In this document: piece after piece, positions 11,800 to 26,030 of the stretch
Layout: every line of letters begins with the position of its first letter
How positions within the stretch are numbered: position 1 is the stretch's first letter
NCBI GenBank assembly: GCA_951406725.2
Contig: OX597818.1
Coordinates: 126,790,001-126,854,000, forward strand
DNA length: 64,000 bases
Source: Octopus vulgaris
Lineage: Eukaryota
Reading direction: 5' to 3'
The notes under the pieces: generated by a model
Seen by the model: only the letters and a program-made list of their open reading frames with translations
Databases searched by the model: none
Told to the model about the DNA's origin: nothing
Made by a program: the position numbers and the translations under genes

Positions 11800-13700
11800 C
11801 TGTGCCCAAGAAAATTGAAACATCTATTATGAAACATTCTCTTTTTTCAAGTCTTATATAATAATATCTGGTGCATTGTGTTCAATTATTCTGTATGTAT
11901 GGTTGTAAAGGCCTCTCAGGAGATTTTGGTTTACCCGATTTATTTCATATATGATTGTATCATTTACTTGTGTTGTATTCATTTTTGTGTCATTTACAAA
12001 ATAGCCACGGTAAATTAAGACAAAACTTACCATAGCGTTGCTTGTATTTTTTATAAGCTAACTTTCCACTCACTGATTAAAAAGGCGACACCCGTTGAAG
12101 CGTGGAATAAATATCTTAATATCCTTATTCCCAGAATTAGTGTTTAGAGATTTTTCTTGAGAAGCCAAACACAACTAATCATTTGTCTCTTTAAATATGG
12201 CGCCGTTTCTCACGATAAATCACGGTCTTGATGTCTCTGTAGAACTGCGGATGTAAAATCATTTCTCCCAGCATTTTCTTTCCCAAATTATCATATTTTG
12301 GTATACTTCCTCTCCAAGTTCAACGCAGTTCTTGATATTTCTGCGGAACTATACCTGTAACTGCTTCTTTTCTAGCGCTTCCTGTCTTTCGCAAATTATC
12401 CTGCATTCAGATGTTTTGTCCTCTTTAAATTCAACTCAAATAAGTCCTAGTTCTATTACAGCTTGTTTAAATAGTTCTTCCTAACCATTCGCAAAATACT
12501 CGTTTACTGAATTTTGCCATCTATTTACACAATCAGAAATGCTATTATGTTATCTCCCTTCAATCTTTCATTTCGCGTATAAATGATGGAGATGTACCTT
12601 TTCGATGACTCTCTCTGTGCATAGAGTTCAATCAGTTTTCTTGCACCACGGTAACCGAACGCATTTTAATCGCATCTACCAAATTCCTTGAATCAAGTAT
12701 GGTCTTCAATAAATTCTATCCTTTTCAAATACAGTGTTTCAGTTTTTCTATATGCATATCATTAAGTGCTATTATGGCTAGATCCATTGTCAACAGGTTC
12801 TAAAATCCGTTCTTCTGATTAATTTATTCCACAAAAATGGTCATTCTTCCTTCTTTTCATGTCTAAAGTAGCATATTTTGATATACCAAACTCCATTCCA
12901 TTAATATTTGCAGCACACCTTTACTATCTTAACAAGTGATTTGATGTCTTATTCAGATTTCACAAGTATCCTTAAATCATCCATGAACAATAGAAGACTT
13001 AGAAGACTTACACTTCTCCCTAGTTCGTATGTCACTGAGATAAGTATTAACACGATTACTAAGAGGAGACAGAAAGAGTTACTTAAAGATGCTTCTTTTA
13101 ACTGCTTCTCTTCCCAGTGATTTCATGCTCGCCTTCAAATTCGTTTTCAAGTACGTCATCTTAATACTGAGAATGTTGAAGTTTTCATCTATGTCGAGAA
13201 TTCTAAGTGACACTACTTTCAACGAATGAGACACCACCACGTTGTAGGTATTTTTGAAGTCAACCCAAGTTATGCACAAATAGGTCTGTGGTCGTTTAAA
13301 AATTCTTCCTTATAATTTTATCAATGTTCATATGGTCTTTGGTGCCTTTTGAGCGTTTCCAGCACCACTTTTGTTCAATAGGTAGTCATTTGTTCTGCTT
13401 CAAATTAGGTTTTCTTAGAAAAAACTACCTGTTTGTAACTACCATAAGGCTGGGAATTAGCCGGAAATTTTCAAATGCTTTTTCGTTCGCTATGTTTTTC
13501 TATCTCAAAGTTGTTTGTACCCCAGTTATTCACTCCAGTATACTTCCTTGTATCACAAATTCATTCATATGATTTGCAGTTTGGTCGTGTAAGAATTTCT
13601 AATGTTTCATCCAAAATCCTTGGATCCTATCTGATCCTATCTGATCCTAAGGTTTTCAAATATATTAGATAGGATCTTCATATGTTGGTTTTGCTTTTCG
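11800..13700 (-). mobile_element. Degenerate RLE-type (R4/NeSL-like) non-LTR retrotransposon RT region
   Basis: Minus strand gives LLFMDDL near 12975-12995 and WVDFKNTYNVVVSHS (ORF 13079-13279), which matches the WIDYKKAYDSVPHS motif. Confidence 0.7.
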
Positions 13701-14207
13701 TGCTTTATTACAAAAAGAAAAAAAAACAAAAAAAAAACTCCGACAGCATCATTTTGTCGGCCAACATTTGGCGTCTCTTGCTTCAGATATTTCATTCGTT
13801 GATAAGAGGATTAATAAGAGATTAATATTTAAACAAATATCTGCTATTAAATGCAACAGATTTGTCCTTTCCGTGATGTCTCTAGTTTCATTTTATACAT
13901 AATTTCCTGTGAGCGCTCTTTTACTAACAGAACATTCTGCATGAGAGTGAAATAAATTGTATAACTGATAACTATACATATGTTTGATATTCCTGACACT
14001 ACAGAATATTCTGATTTGCTCCTCTCTTTTCTTTTCGCTCACGCACACACACGCACACACACATACAGACACACACACACATACACACACACGCACGCAC
14101 ACGTTAGAAGACTTCTGAATATGTATAATAGTATATAATCAATAAACTGATAATTTATCTAAATATATGTGTGTGAAAACACACACATACAGAAACATAC
14201 ACACAAA

Positions 14208-14258
<51 letters not shown>

Positions 14259-14310
14259 TATATTTTTATGTATGTAAATGTATGTATGTATGTATGTATC
14301 TATCTATATA

Positions 14311-14592
14311 TAGTCTACTGTTCGTGATGGTAAGATCAACAAGAGTGCTGCATCTGGTAAAAGATGAATATTATTTAATAAACACAATGTATGTTTTTAT
14401 GTGCCACTATTAGTTTTATACGATGAGAGCATGCCAGACAGCATTTTTAACGCATCTGATGTCTCAGCACAATCTTCAGGCACTGAAGTGTCTGGAGATC
14501 GTGTTGAGATACCAGACGTGTTAAAAATACTGTCTGTCATGGTCTCATCACATAAAACTAATAAAACTAATTGTGTTTTTGAGTGTTTACAT

Positions 14593-14627
<35 letters not shown>

Positions 14628-14867
14628 GTCTACCGTTCCATGAAGGGAGGATCAACAAAAAAATGTACTCCATCCACTGAGAGATAAGCGTCGTTTAATG
14701 TACACCGTATTAAGATAAGTGCAACTAATAGTGTTTTGCTAAGGAGACACAATAAGTAGGAAGATTTATATAAATGCACCCTGAGCCTGAATATTGAAGT
14801 TTGCATCCAAGGGGAAGAAATTATTAGTAGTTCTTGTTTTAATATTGTGTACAGTACTAGTAGTGTT

Positions 14868-14908
<41 letters not shown>

Positions 14909-15160
14909 ATATATATAGTCTACCGTTCCATGAAGGGAGGATCAACAAAAAAATGTACTCCATCCACTGAGAGATAAGCGTCGTTTAATGTACACAGTAT
15001 TAAGATAAGTGCTACTAATAGTGTTTTGCCATGGAGACACAATAAGTAGGAAGATTTATATAAATGCATCCTGAGCCTGAATATTGAAGTTTGCATTCAA
15101 GGGGAAGAAATTATTAGTAGTTCTTGTTTTAATATTGTGTACAGTACTAGTAGTGTTTAT
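14311..15160. repeat. Three related units separated by (CA)n(TA)n; units 2 and 3 (14626-14869, 14916-15159) are a near-identical 290 bp tandem duplication
   Basis: All three start tagtctacYgttc...gatcaacaa and end agtgtttaYa. Unit 1 contains a long hairpin. Confidence 0.85.
14408..14563. repeat. Imperfect inverted repeat, 76 bp arms, 4 nt loop
   Basis: 14408-14483 versus 14488-14563 shows about 13 substitutions, mostly transitions, and no indels. Confidence 0.9.
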
Positions 15161-15422
15161 ACACACACATACACACACACACACTCACACATATATATAT
15201 ATATATAGTAGAAATATGTTACGAAAAGAAAATATAAAATACACGTGGAAATGTAAGGGTAAAATATGAAATATCAACGAAAATGCATATTGCAGATAGA
15301 AAAAGGCTATTTATGACAGGTAGTGACAAATATATACATTTAGATTGACTGAGGTAGTAATACAAGTTATAAATGTCATTATTATGAGATGATTATAAGA
15401 TGATAATAAAGTAAGAGAACAA

Positions 15423-15459
15423 AACGAACCAGTGGTTTACGCGAAGGCTATTCATCGTT
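15423..15459 (-). ncRNA. Hammerhead-like variant with A3-U8 core pair
   Basis: aacg-ATGAATA-gc(cttc)gc-G(t)AAA-cc(act)gg-TT-cgtt. It sits at the edge of a (TA)n-flanked insert (15208-15465) and has one extra T in the GAAA box. Confidence 0.45.
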
Positions 15460-15462
15460 AGA

Positions 15463-15521
<59 letters not shown>

Positions 15522-16158
15522 ATAAGAACCAATATAACATCAGATTACGCTACTCCGCCTTGAAAAAGTAAGAATGCATTGGATAATGATGCAGTTGGTA
15601 TACAAAATACAAGAGAAGTGCTGCTGGAATGCTAGCTTTTGACAATAAGTCGTTTGAATCAGATATGATCTGAAATTAAACAAGAAAACATCGCATTCAA
15701 AAGATGAGAGTGGGAAAATGTTGAAACGTTAACGTTCTTAGGAATGATGTTATATGAAAGCAAAAAGAAAACAGAATAGATAAAATAATGCTGCAATACT
15801 GTAATATGACAATTCATTAATGAAAGTGGATTAAATACGAAAACTATCTGTTCTTCAATATAAAATGTCTGACAGAGAAGCTGTTTCTGTACATATACAC
15901 ACGTATATACACAGACTTACATGTATGTATGTATGTATGTATGTATGTATGTATGTATGTATGTATGTATGTATGTATGTATGTATGTATGTATGTATGC
16001 ATGCACGCATGCATGTATGTATGTATGTATGTATGTATGTATGCTTGTATGTATATATACATATACATACATATACATACATACATACATATACATACAT
16101 ACATACACACACACACATATATATATATTATATATATGTGTGTGTGTTTATATATATG

Positions 16159-16194
<36 letters not shown>

Positions 16195-16207
16195 GTATGT
16201 GCATATA

Positions 16208-16271
<64 letters not shown>

Positions 16272-16274
<3 letters not shown>

Positions 16275-16432
16275 GACGAGCTTCTTTAAGTTTCCGTCTA
16301 GCAAATCCACGCACAAAGCTTTGGTCGGATCGAGACTATAGTGGAAGATACTTGCCCAAGGTGCCGTGGAGCGGGACTGAACCCGCAACCATGTGGTTGA
16401 GAAGCAAGCTTCTTACCATACAGCCACAGCCA
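16272..16432 (-). mobile_element. SINE family A, 5' half
   Basis: Contains cttgcccaaggtgccgtggagcgggactgaacccgcaaccatgtggttg. Confidence 0.85.
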
Positions 16433-17154
16433 TCTATATCTATAGATGTCTATATATATATATGTATGTGTGTGTTTGTGTGTGTGTGTGTATGTATGCA
16501 TGAATGTATGTATGTATGTATGTATGTATGTATGTATGTATGTATGTATGTATGTATGTATGTATGGTTGGTTGGTTGGATGAATGGATGGATGATAGAT
16601 AGATGACTAGCTGACTAGCTACATAGGTAGCTAGACAGAGATAGACAGACAGACTGAAAGACTGACAGACAGACATGCAGATAGATGGATAGATAGATAG
16701 ATGTGAATTAATAACTAGTTATTTTGAGACGTAAATTTCCAAGAGTCGCCATAGGTTACCTATAGGAAATTAAATGTGAGGACACGAACAGAATGAGAGA
16801 TTGTCATGAACGGGATGTAGATGGGTGTGACGAAGAGAGAAATTATATCCGGGTCATGCAAACCAATGCGCAGAACCAATTAGTTATCAGATGAAGAGTC
16901 GTCTTTTGTGTGAATGGAAAACACCACAAAATTGCATTCATTGACTCTTTATTAAAGCAAACACCGAGAGAAGCGATAGGTTGTACTATTGCATAATTAA
17001 AGTGATATAATAAGTCGTGCACTTGCTTGATTGCAAACAGACACGCAGATAAAGGAAAACATACACATGCGCAGGCGCGCACACTGACACATATACTCTA
17101 TGAATATATTCGTACATAAATATATTCATAGAGTATACAGAAAATATGACATAC

Positions 17155-17570
17155 TTCGAGGTTTCGTCGGCTCGATGTGGAAAAAATATTATCTGCTTAT
17201 GATCTCGTAAAGCGGCTCTCAATTTCTGGTATAAAGAGAACCAGAGCTCTTAAGGCATTAGAAGAATCAACCGAGAAGGGTTCAAATTGGATCTGGTCTG
17301 GGAGGAATGGCAAGGAATTTCAACATGCATAATTTAACCTACAATCAGCTAATGTCTCCGACTAAACTGGTTACAACACTTTTGAATCTGGGACACTTTG
17401 ACCATCAAGAAGATTTGCAAGGCGGACAATAGCACAAAATGAGGCAGCATAGAGGTATCTGGGTGTCATGTCCAGGATGCTGCCCGGCTCCTCAAAGTGT
17501 AAAGTGTTAAGGGCTGAAACACCTGCATGGGGGAAGCTTCTTCTCTGAAGACCCTCTGCTATTCAGCTCT
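17155..17570 (+). mobile_element. RLE-type LINE (HERO/NeSL-like) 3' end
   Basis: Translates RGFVG, then after a frameshift SAYDLVKRLSISGIKRTRALKALEESTEKGSNWIW followed by a stop. This resembles the EVGxRGF...AExxSxWIW C-terminus. Confidence 0.65.
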
Positions 17571-17689
17571 CCTTAGAATTTCATAATATCATATGAAAAG
17601 ATGAAAATGACGTAAAGAAATACATTATATAGAAAATAAGATGCTTTAAAGTCCTAGTCGTATTTTATTTTGCTATCTAATAAATATTA

Positions 17690-18115
17690 ATTCCCCTTCG
17701 GCTGTCCGTCTTAGATCGACATTGACTGTTCTTGTTCAGCAATCACCTCTTGCAGGCTCGCCTGCTCTTGATCTGCAGCAGCAATGGAACTTCAGGTGAA
17801 GATACTTGATGCAACGGAGAAGTGATGCCTCTCACGTGCTCTTTCGTATTTTTTCTGTTGTTCCTGCTCAATGGCTGGAATTATGAGTTTCAGTGACTGG
17901 TGGCATTCAACGCACCGCAGGGTCTTCTCTCTCATGTGTCTGAAAAGACGCCGGAGTTCTTCATATGTCCGTTCAGCACATCCCTGTATAACAATCTCCA
18001 GTCACAACTCCTTCACCTGCCCTGGCGCAATTCAGCTTAAAAGCCTGCCTTTAGGAGCCTGTCACCTTCCTGCAAACATGTCCAGCGCAGCTGCTATGAG
18101 GATTAGAGAGCCTCC
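17690..18115 (-). mobile_element. RTE (BovB-like) LINE 3' fragment
   Basis: Minus strand reads DRLLKAGF*AELRQGR*RSCDWRLLYRDVLNGHMK, which resembles RLPKxxxYGELxxGKRxxGxxRxRYKDxLK. Confidence 0.65.
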
Positions 18116-19900
18116 ACATCTATATTTAATTTTAATTCATTTGCACTTTATTCTGTTTGCACTTATATTTATTTCTACTATTTACAGAGGAAAATGTATA
18201 TTCCACTTATTGCATTCCTCAGTTACTATCAATTATAGTAATTCATTATCTTCTACCAACATTAATTATAAAAACTAAACATTTCTAACAAGCGCTATCT
18301 ATGAAATCATGAAATTTTACCAACATTATTAATTAGAAAATCAGGAATATCTTTAAAAAGAGAAACTGATTTATTACATACACATTATATCAGGAGTAAC
18401 AAAAATTATCATAAAATGTTCAACATACAGAATTTTAGCAATTTTTTTTCATTATGTATATAAATAAAAGTGAAATTCTGTCTGTTCGGGACCCCTGAAT
18501 TTCAATCTACATCTGCTCAGCATAGACATATCCCTTTTTAGAATCAGGATGACCCCGGGATTGAAGATCTGACTTTCATTTGGTTCTTGAACATGCAGTA
18601 TTGGGATCTGATGTAAGAATATTTGGGCTGCTATTTCTAGCAGGTAAAGTGCTTAAGAGGTCGCAAATGGTTTACAAGTGTTACTTTCCTTAGCTGTAAT
18701 AATAAACGCAACATTCTGTGTTAGAAAACTGAGCAAAGCGTTTTGAATTTAACATCAAAACTTTGTGACAGTTACCTCCGTTACCTACAATAATACAATT
18801 AACAAGAGACAAGGACGAGAATTCAAAATTGTTAGACCTCACCACAGTGCTTTTCTCATGATCAGCTCTATGTTCGTTGTTCTAGAGTTGGAAATGGCAA
18901 CAATCGCTTCGTACTAACACCAAATAGTAAAACTAAGAATGTTGTTAATCCTGCTGCTTTACAGTGATCTCCAAATGTCACAGTGGTTCGAATTTCTCCA
19001 AATGTGATACTCTGTAATATAAATCTGAGATGGTAGGATATCAATATGTGTTTTATTATTATTGCGCAAGAACCAGCTTAGAAGTCTGCATGGAGTGCGG
19101 CTTTTTGGCCCGTAGAAAATAAGAATATGACGTTTGTTCTATGACATAACGTTCACCCTTCGTTGCCCTGGCCTTCATAATTGAAAAATTAAGTCAAAAG
19201 ATTCACAGCTAAGGGTGTTACATGAGGAATTGTCATCTAATGACCTCCTAATATTTTTTGAGACCGTTAAGATGTTATTTGGAGAATGTTTCACTGCCTT
19301 TCCTAGCTTGTTCAGGTACCCTCATTAGTAGAGTGTCTGCGCTGTTCGTTTTGTGTGTAAGTAATAAATAATGTTTGTTTTGCTTGTCGTCTTTTAATGT
19401 GCACACTGTTCCAGGTGGTAAAACTTTAGAAGTGCTTATCTATTTAATAACTCTTATATTTTTTGCTTTGGTTATATCTAAGTGAGAGACTGTGTGGGCG
19501 TGGGGTTATATTTTTCGTTTTATTTCCTGTTGTTGGATATAGTATTTTGTTGCTTATGAAATTTTTCTATCCAAGTAAGAGGAAAACGAATGTTTTGCAT
19601 GTAACTACGTGTGCCTTTGTCAGTGTTTTAGCGTGTGTTAGTACGTTGGTGTTATTAATTATATAAGTTTCTATGTCTGCGAGTGTTTGTCTGTGTTTTA
19701 TTGAGTATGTAGGCGTGAGTTAGCGAGTGGGTGTTACTACGTTTTAGTACACGTAATTTTGCAGCAGATGCTGGAGATCTAAGAATGTTAATTGTCATCA
19801 TGACTTTTATTTGTGTTACGATGAAGAAATATTATTACCTTATTGATAATATAAATTGCAGTTTACACACACACACACACGCACGCAGACACGCATTCAC

Positions 19901-19933
<33 letters not shown>

Positions 19934-20239
19934 TACACGCGCGCGCGCAGACACGCATACACGCACACTCACACAATCACAAACATATATACATACATAG
20001 GTAACCTTATGAATCGTTTGTGCATTCAAGTGTCTGTGTATGTGTGTGGGTGGGTGGAGGTGCCTACGTGTGCGTGCCTGCGTGTGCGTGTGTGTGAGTA
20101 AGAGAGAGAGAGAGAGAGAGTGTGTGTGTGTATGTAGCATATTTCAGCTTTTATACCTCTACATACATTGTCACCAGGCAATTGTTTTGCCTTCTCCTGA
20201 AACAGACGTAATTTCAATAAGTCAAGAATTTATCTTGTA

Positions 20240-20455
20240 TGCTATGTAATAACCCTTATTCGTCTTTATTGTTCAAAACAGGTGACACTTATTACTCCTA
20301 TCTCTCTTTGATTCTTGCTCAAAAGCTTCAGATCATCCATGACGAGCAAATGGTTAAGTTTTCCCTTACTATTCTGAAGTGATACTCTTCATTTGCCTTC
20401 CTTAATACTAAACTGATGGAGATCAAACTTAAAGAGGTTGTGGTTCGGAGCACCA
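20240..20455 (-). mobile_element. RLE-type LINE RT fragment
   Basis: Minus strand reads NHLLVMDDLKLLSK at about 20322-20365. Confidence 0.6.
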
Positions 20456-22147
20456 CCTCTTTAGGGTGGCCCCTAATCCAGTTGATAGTCTTTACAGAAG
20501 TGTCGATGACTTTCTTCAAATTTGGAGGCAATGTTTTCGACGTCAAGGCATGACGATGAAAGAAAGAGTGAGTGCCTTGTAAGTGCGGAATCTCCCGCTT
20601 CATCAGCGTAAAAAATCCAGATTTATTTCCTAGCATAGCAGGGACAGCGTCAGTATACTTAGAAACAATAATTTGGATAGCTAATTCATGCTTTGCAAAA
20701 TGTTTTTCACAAACTGGAACATATTTTCTCCTTTCGTGGTTGCTATGAGATCTTCACAGAAGTGGAAATCTTTCTTTACGGCACCAACATGGACGTACAT
20801 CACTAATGCGATGAGTTGTTTGCGACTTGAAACATCAGTTGTTTCGTACAACTGAAGAGAGATTTTCAAGGGACTAATCTTGACATATGAGATAACTTGA
20901 CACAAAATATCCGAACTCAAATCACCAATTCGTCTCTGAATAACATTATTTGATAGCGGCACTAATTCCAGCTTCTTCCTTGCTTCTTTTCTCAGAATAA
21001 ATGTTGCCATATCTAATGCACATGCTTTGATAAGCTCTTCTCCAATTGTATGGGGCTTCTTCGACTTGGCTATTTTATACGACACTTGGTATGAAGCCAT
21101 CAGCAGTGGTTTGTCAGCAGATATAAAACCTAATTTTGGAAAGGTTGCTCGAGAATCAAAACGGGTTCTTGTAACTTTTCAACGGGCTCTTCAACATCAT
21201 GGCCTAGAGCATCGGCTCCACCATGCCGGTTGATGAAGTGTTCTTACAGCTTAGACGGTTTCACATTTGCGTTGGAAAACACCGTGTCACAAACTATGCA
21301 CTGTGGTTATTGCAAATCCTCAGTTTTTCCCGTGCAAGTCAAACCAAAATGCACATAGTCATCATACCATTACCATGAAGGGTTAATATGATTAAATTAT
21401 GATCTGAAAAGGAAATAAAAAAATGGATAAGGTCGATTGGAAGAAAAACGGGAAATCTAACACACTGACAATAATACTATTATATCCAAGAATAAGTATG
21501 ATAATAATACTATTAATAAAAAGACAAAAAACTGCTGGCTTTTAATTCCCTAATCTAACGGACTAAATTTGAACACACAAAAATGGTTAAGAGCTATGTT
21601 ACTCACAATTATATAATATTCAAATTGATATCACAGCATTAATTTCACGTCTACTTCATATATTTTCACAATTAACTGGTCTTTAATAAAGATACCTTTT
21701 TCACAAAATGAACACATAACAAAGTTATCGTAATCAGCCGTATAGGTAAATAATCTTTTAAAAAGTTATGAAACAATATTCACGACTGAATTTATGATAA
21801 CTGTTATTTGCAAGTCACGTTGTAAATGTAATTTCCTCAAACATGTGTGATCAAAGGCGTTCGGTATGCTGTACCTTCACGACTATCGTTTTTCGCACTT
21901 TGCTATTGTTAGTTGTAAATCGATTTGCCAATGTATTTTTCTGGAGACAGCGAGATATCACGATATATTATTTCCTCCTTTTCTTGACAAAACATTTACG
22001 TTTTCTCTTACAATTTGTTGCAAGAGAAAACGGAAAAACTACAGGAGAGTATTATACAAATTAAGTGCCTGGTTGCAAGGCTGGACATGGCTGGAATGCT
22101 GTCTCGCATTCCTTAGGGGTGCGAGCACCCCTAGTTGGGAAACACTA
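20456..22147 (-). mobile_element. hAT (Buster/Charlie, ZBED5/8-like) transposon, 3'-truncated
   Basis: ORF 20681-21100 contains [24 protein letters not shown]...[10 protein letters not shown], and ORF 20328-20636 contains THSFFHRHAL. A TIR-like TAGTGTTTCCCAAC ends at 22147. Confidence 0.9.
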
Positions 22148-22295
22148 GTCTAAAAGGAACAATAGGCGATTGGAGCCCAATTTCTTTAAAAGCAACTGAA
22201 ACGATTTATACGATTTTAAATATCGTATAATTGTGGGAAACAACAACTTAAATGTTTATGTGCTTTTAAAGTTTTTAATGATCGAACGTTTCCAG

Positions 22296-22866
<571 letters not shown>

Positions 22867-24060
22867 TGTGTTTACTTCCATAAGTTTTAGGTTCGATTTG
22901 TTCTCAGATGGCAGAGAACCATGTCATGGTCTGAGAGAAGTGGTGTTTTTTCCACTGCAATATTGAGGACAGTGTCAGTATGGTTACTGAACACTAGGTG
23001 CAAGGTGTTTTTGTGACACCATGTTGGTTCACGAACAATTTGGGCCAGGAAAAACTCATCCCTGAAATCAAAAATCAATTCGATTGCTTCTTTATCAGGG
23101 GTTGAGACGGAAAAACCTGGTTTCAAGCTATTTGTGGACCAATCAACACTGGGAAGGTTGAAGTCACCCATCATTAATATGCTGTCAGCATGATACTCAT
23201 GGATGAATCACTTAATACTGTTGAGGCATTCCTTGAAGCGTAGAAAAGGAGTTAGGGGTGGCCTATAGAGCCCAACTATTATTAAATTTTTGGTTTCACT
23301 AAACACAAAAGCAGCTTCACAGTAGCCGTTGGTAAATACGTCCATTGCTTCAGCCGAAATAAGAATTGTGCACGAAAATGGCGGTCCCACCCTTTCTTCT
23401 GCTGACACGATCTGCACGGATGGCTGTAAAATTCTTCACTCTCACCTCAGCTTTCAAGTGGAGGTTATTGAGATGGGTCTCTGTGAGGACGAAAAAAAGG
23501 GATATGGTGTGGATGGTCATTAACCCAGTCCTCAATAAATTGGATCTTTCCTTTTTGAGCAGTGGTGGAAGTGGTGATGCCTTTTGCATTGAGCAAAAAT
23601 GTTGAAGCGATAGTGGTGACTGATTCTGACTGTTTTGGTGATTTGCTTGTTAATGGAAGCAATGGGAGTTTGTGCGATAGGGTGGTGGTGGGGGTGGTCG
23701 CGTGTGAAGGTTACAACGTTCTTTTGTAGCTCTTTTGTCAGATTCATAATGGCCATAAAAGAATTATGTTTGGAGAACTGGAAATGTTTGTGGCTGTGGG
23801 TTTTGTATTGGTTAGGGGTTTCGTTTATATTTTTATTTGTGCGAGACGAGTCCCCGGGAGATGGGTAAATGGACAATTATGCTGTAGACATAATCTGTTA
23901 GACTGGAAATAGCGGCAGACTCTAGGGTTCCGAGTAACATGAGTGGTTTTTTCCAAATTTGATTTAGTAACTGGTGAGAATGATGGCAGTGGAGGTAGAG
24001 GCGTTGTTTTAGATTGTGCATTTTGATGGTAACGGCTGTTGTGACTAGGAATTGAGCTTT
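22867..24060 (-). mobile_element. CR1-clade LINE fragment (ORF1 end plus AP endonuclease)
   Basis: APE motifs LTETHL, RADRVSRRKGGTAIFV, GLYRPP, MGDFNLPSVDW and LSDHDMV occur across frameshifted ORFs. Confidence 0.88.
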
Positions 24061-24945
24061 TAGTCCCTGGTAAATGAGTGTTATGTATATTTGAATAATT
24101 TACAGAGAGTAGAATAGAACATCTTTTTTAAGTTACCTATGTTACATCATGATTTATATAATCTAGCAAATACTGATATGTTGTGCATTAATCGTTACGT
24201 AGACGATTATATAATAAACTTTTAAATACCAGATCTAGAGAAGAGAATAAAAATTGAATCAATTATAAATTACCACCAGCGGCTGATTGATAGTGCTGAG
24301 ATAGAATTGTGTGTAAACTTCTTTATACAGCAGTAAAGAAAAGAAAAACAAATATTTTATTAGCGAAAGAAAAGATAGGAATATAATTGTGGAGATGTGT
24401 AAGAATAAAAGGTGAACGCCCTAAGTTGTCATAGATCAAAGAAAATTCTAAGTTAGCATGATAGTTGGCAGTAGTAGTGAAATCAGTCAGGTTCTTGGTT
24501 AGCGAAAAGCAGCCGCATGTACCTATACACACGTATAAACACGCACACACACTCACGCACACTTATATACGGGTATATGACTTTTCATCTTTTCTACAAC
24601 TACGCACACACGTGTGTATTCAGACGTTTAAGACTATATCTCCACACACCTACGAAAGGTGATTGACCTTTTCCTTAAACATCCTGACCACAATATTGCT
24701 CTTCAAGCTGCAATGCTGGTAGTAAAGAAGCGAAGAAGAAAAGGCAGCTGCTTTTCTTAATGGCTTTTCTGTAAGCAATCGGATGTCACATCCTTGTATG
24801 TGATGTTCCTTGGGGAAACTATGAGGTAGTCTATTCGAAGCTTTGATTCTTATTATAAAAAGACGTGGATATGTTGTCTTAGATATAGGAAAACGAGAAA
24901 GATTTCCTCACATGATAAGCTTTCTCATTTCCCTATATCTAATCT

Positions 24946-25179
24946 TATTTCTTTACTACCCACAAGGGGCTAAACACAGAGAGGACAAACAAGGACAGAC
25001 AAAGGGATTAAGTCGATTACATCGACCCCAGTGCATAACTATTACTTAATTTATCGACCCCGAAAGGATGAAAGGCAAAGTCGACCTCGGCGGAATTTGA
25101 ACACACAACTTAACGGCAGACGAAATACGGCTACGCATTTCGCCCGGCGTGCTAACGTTTCTGCCAGCTCGCCGACTTG
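24946..25179 (-). mobile_element. tRNA-derived SINE family B (MetaSINE-like central domain) with 18 bp TSD
   Basis: Minus strand contains gcctttcatcctttcggggtcgataaattaagta. The direct repeat tttccctatatctaatct flanks it at 24928-24945 and 25180-25197. Confidence 0.88.
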
Positions 25180-25536
25180 TTTCCCTATATCTAATCTATT
25201 GGCAGTCTTACCAATTTCAGGTTATCCGGGACTGTGCTTTTATTGAAAGCACGTCCCACTGTCTCAATGCTTCCACTTTATGCTATGTAAGCTACAGTTC
25301 TTTGTTTTTTCAATGCTGGAAGTGGGTGCTATTTGTTTGTTGCTGTGAGTAGAGTTACGTATTTAGTTTGTTTGACGTTGTTGGCTTTGAGTGTTTGTCT
25401 GCTGGTTAATCTCTGCTGTGTTCGCTTCTCTGTCTTCGTTTTGTTTCTGTCGGTGGAAATAGTGGTAGTGATAAGTCTACATGATGTGGAATTATTATTT
25501 TGGGGGATCGATTTGGTATTACTGTTGTTTTGTGTT

Positions 25537-25925
<389 letters not shown>

Positions 25926-25952
25926 ATTGAATGATTTTTTTGATGAACGCTT

Positions 25953-26030
<78 letters not shown>

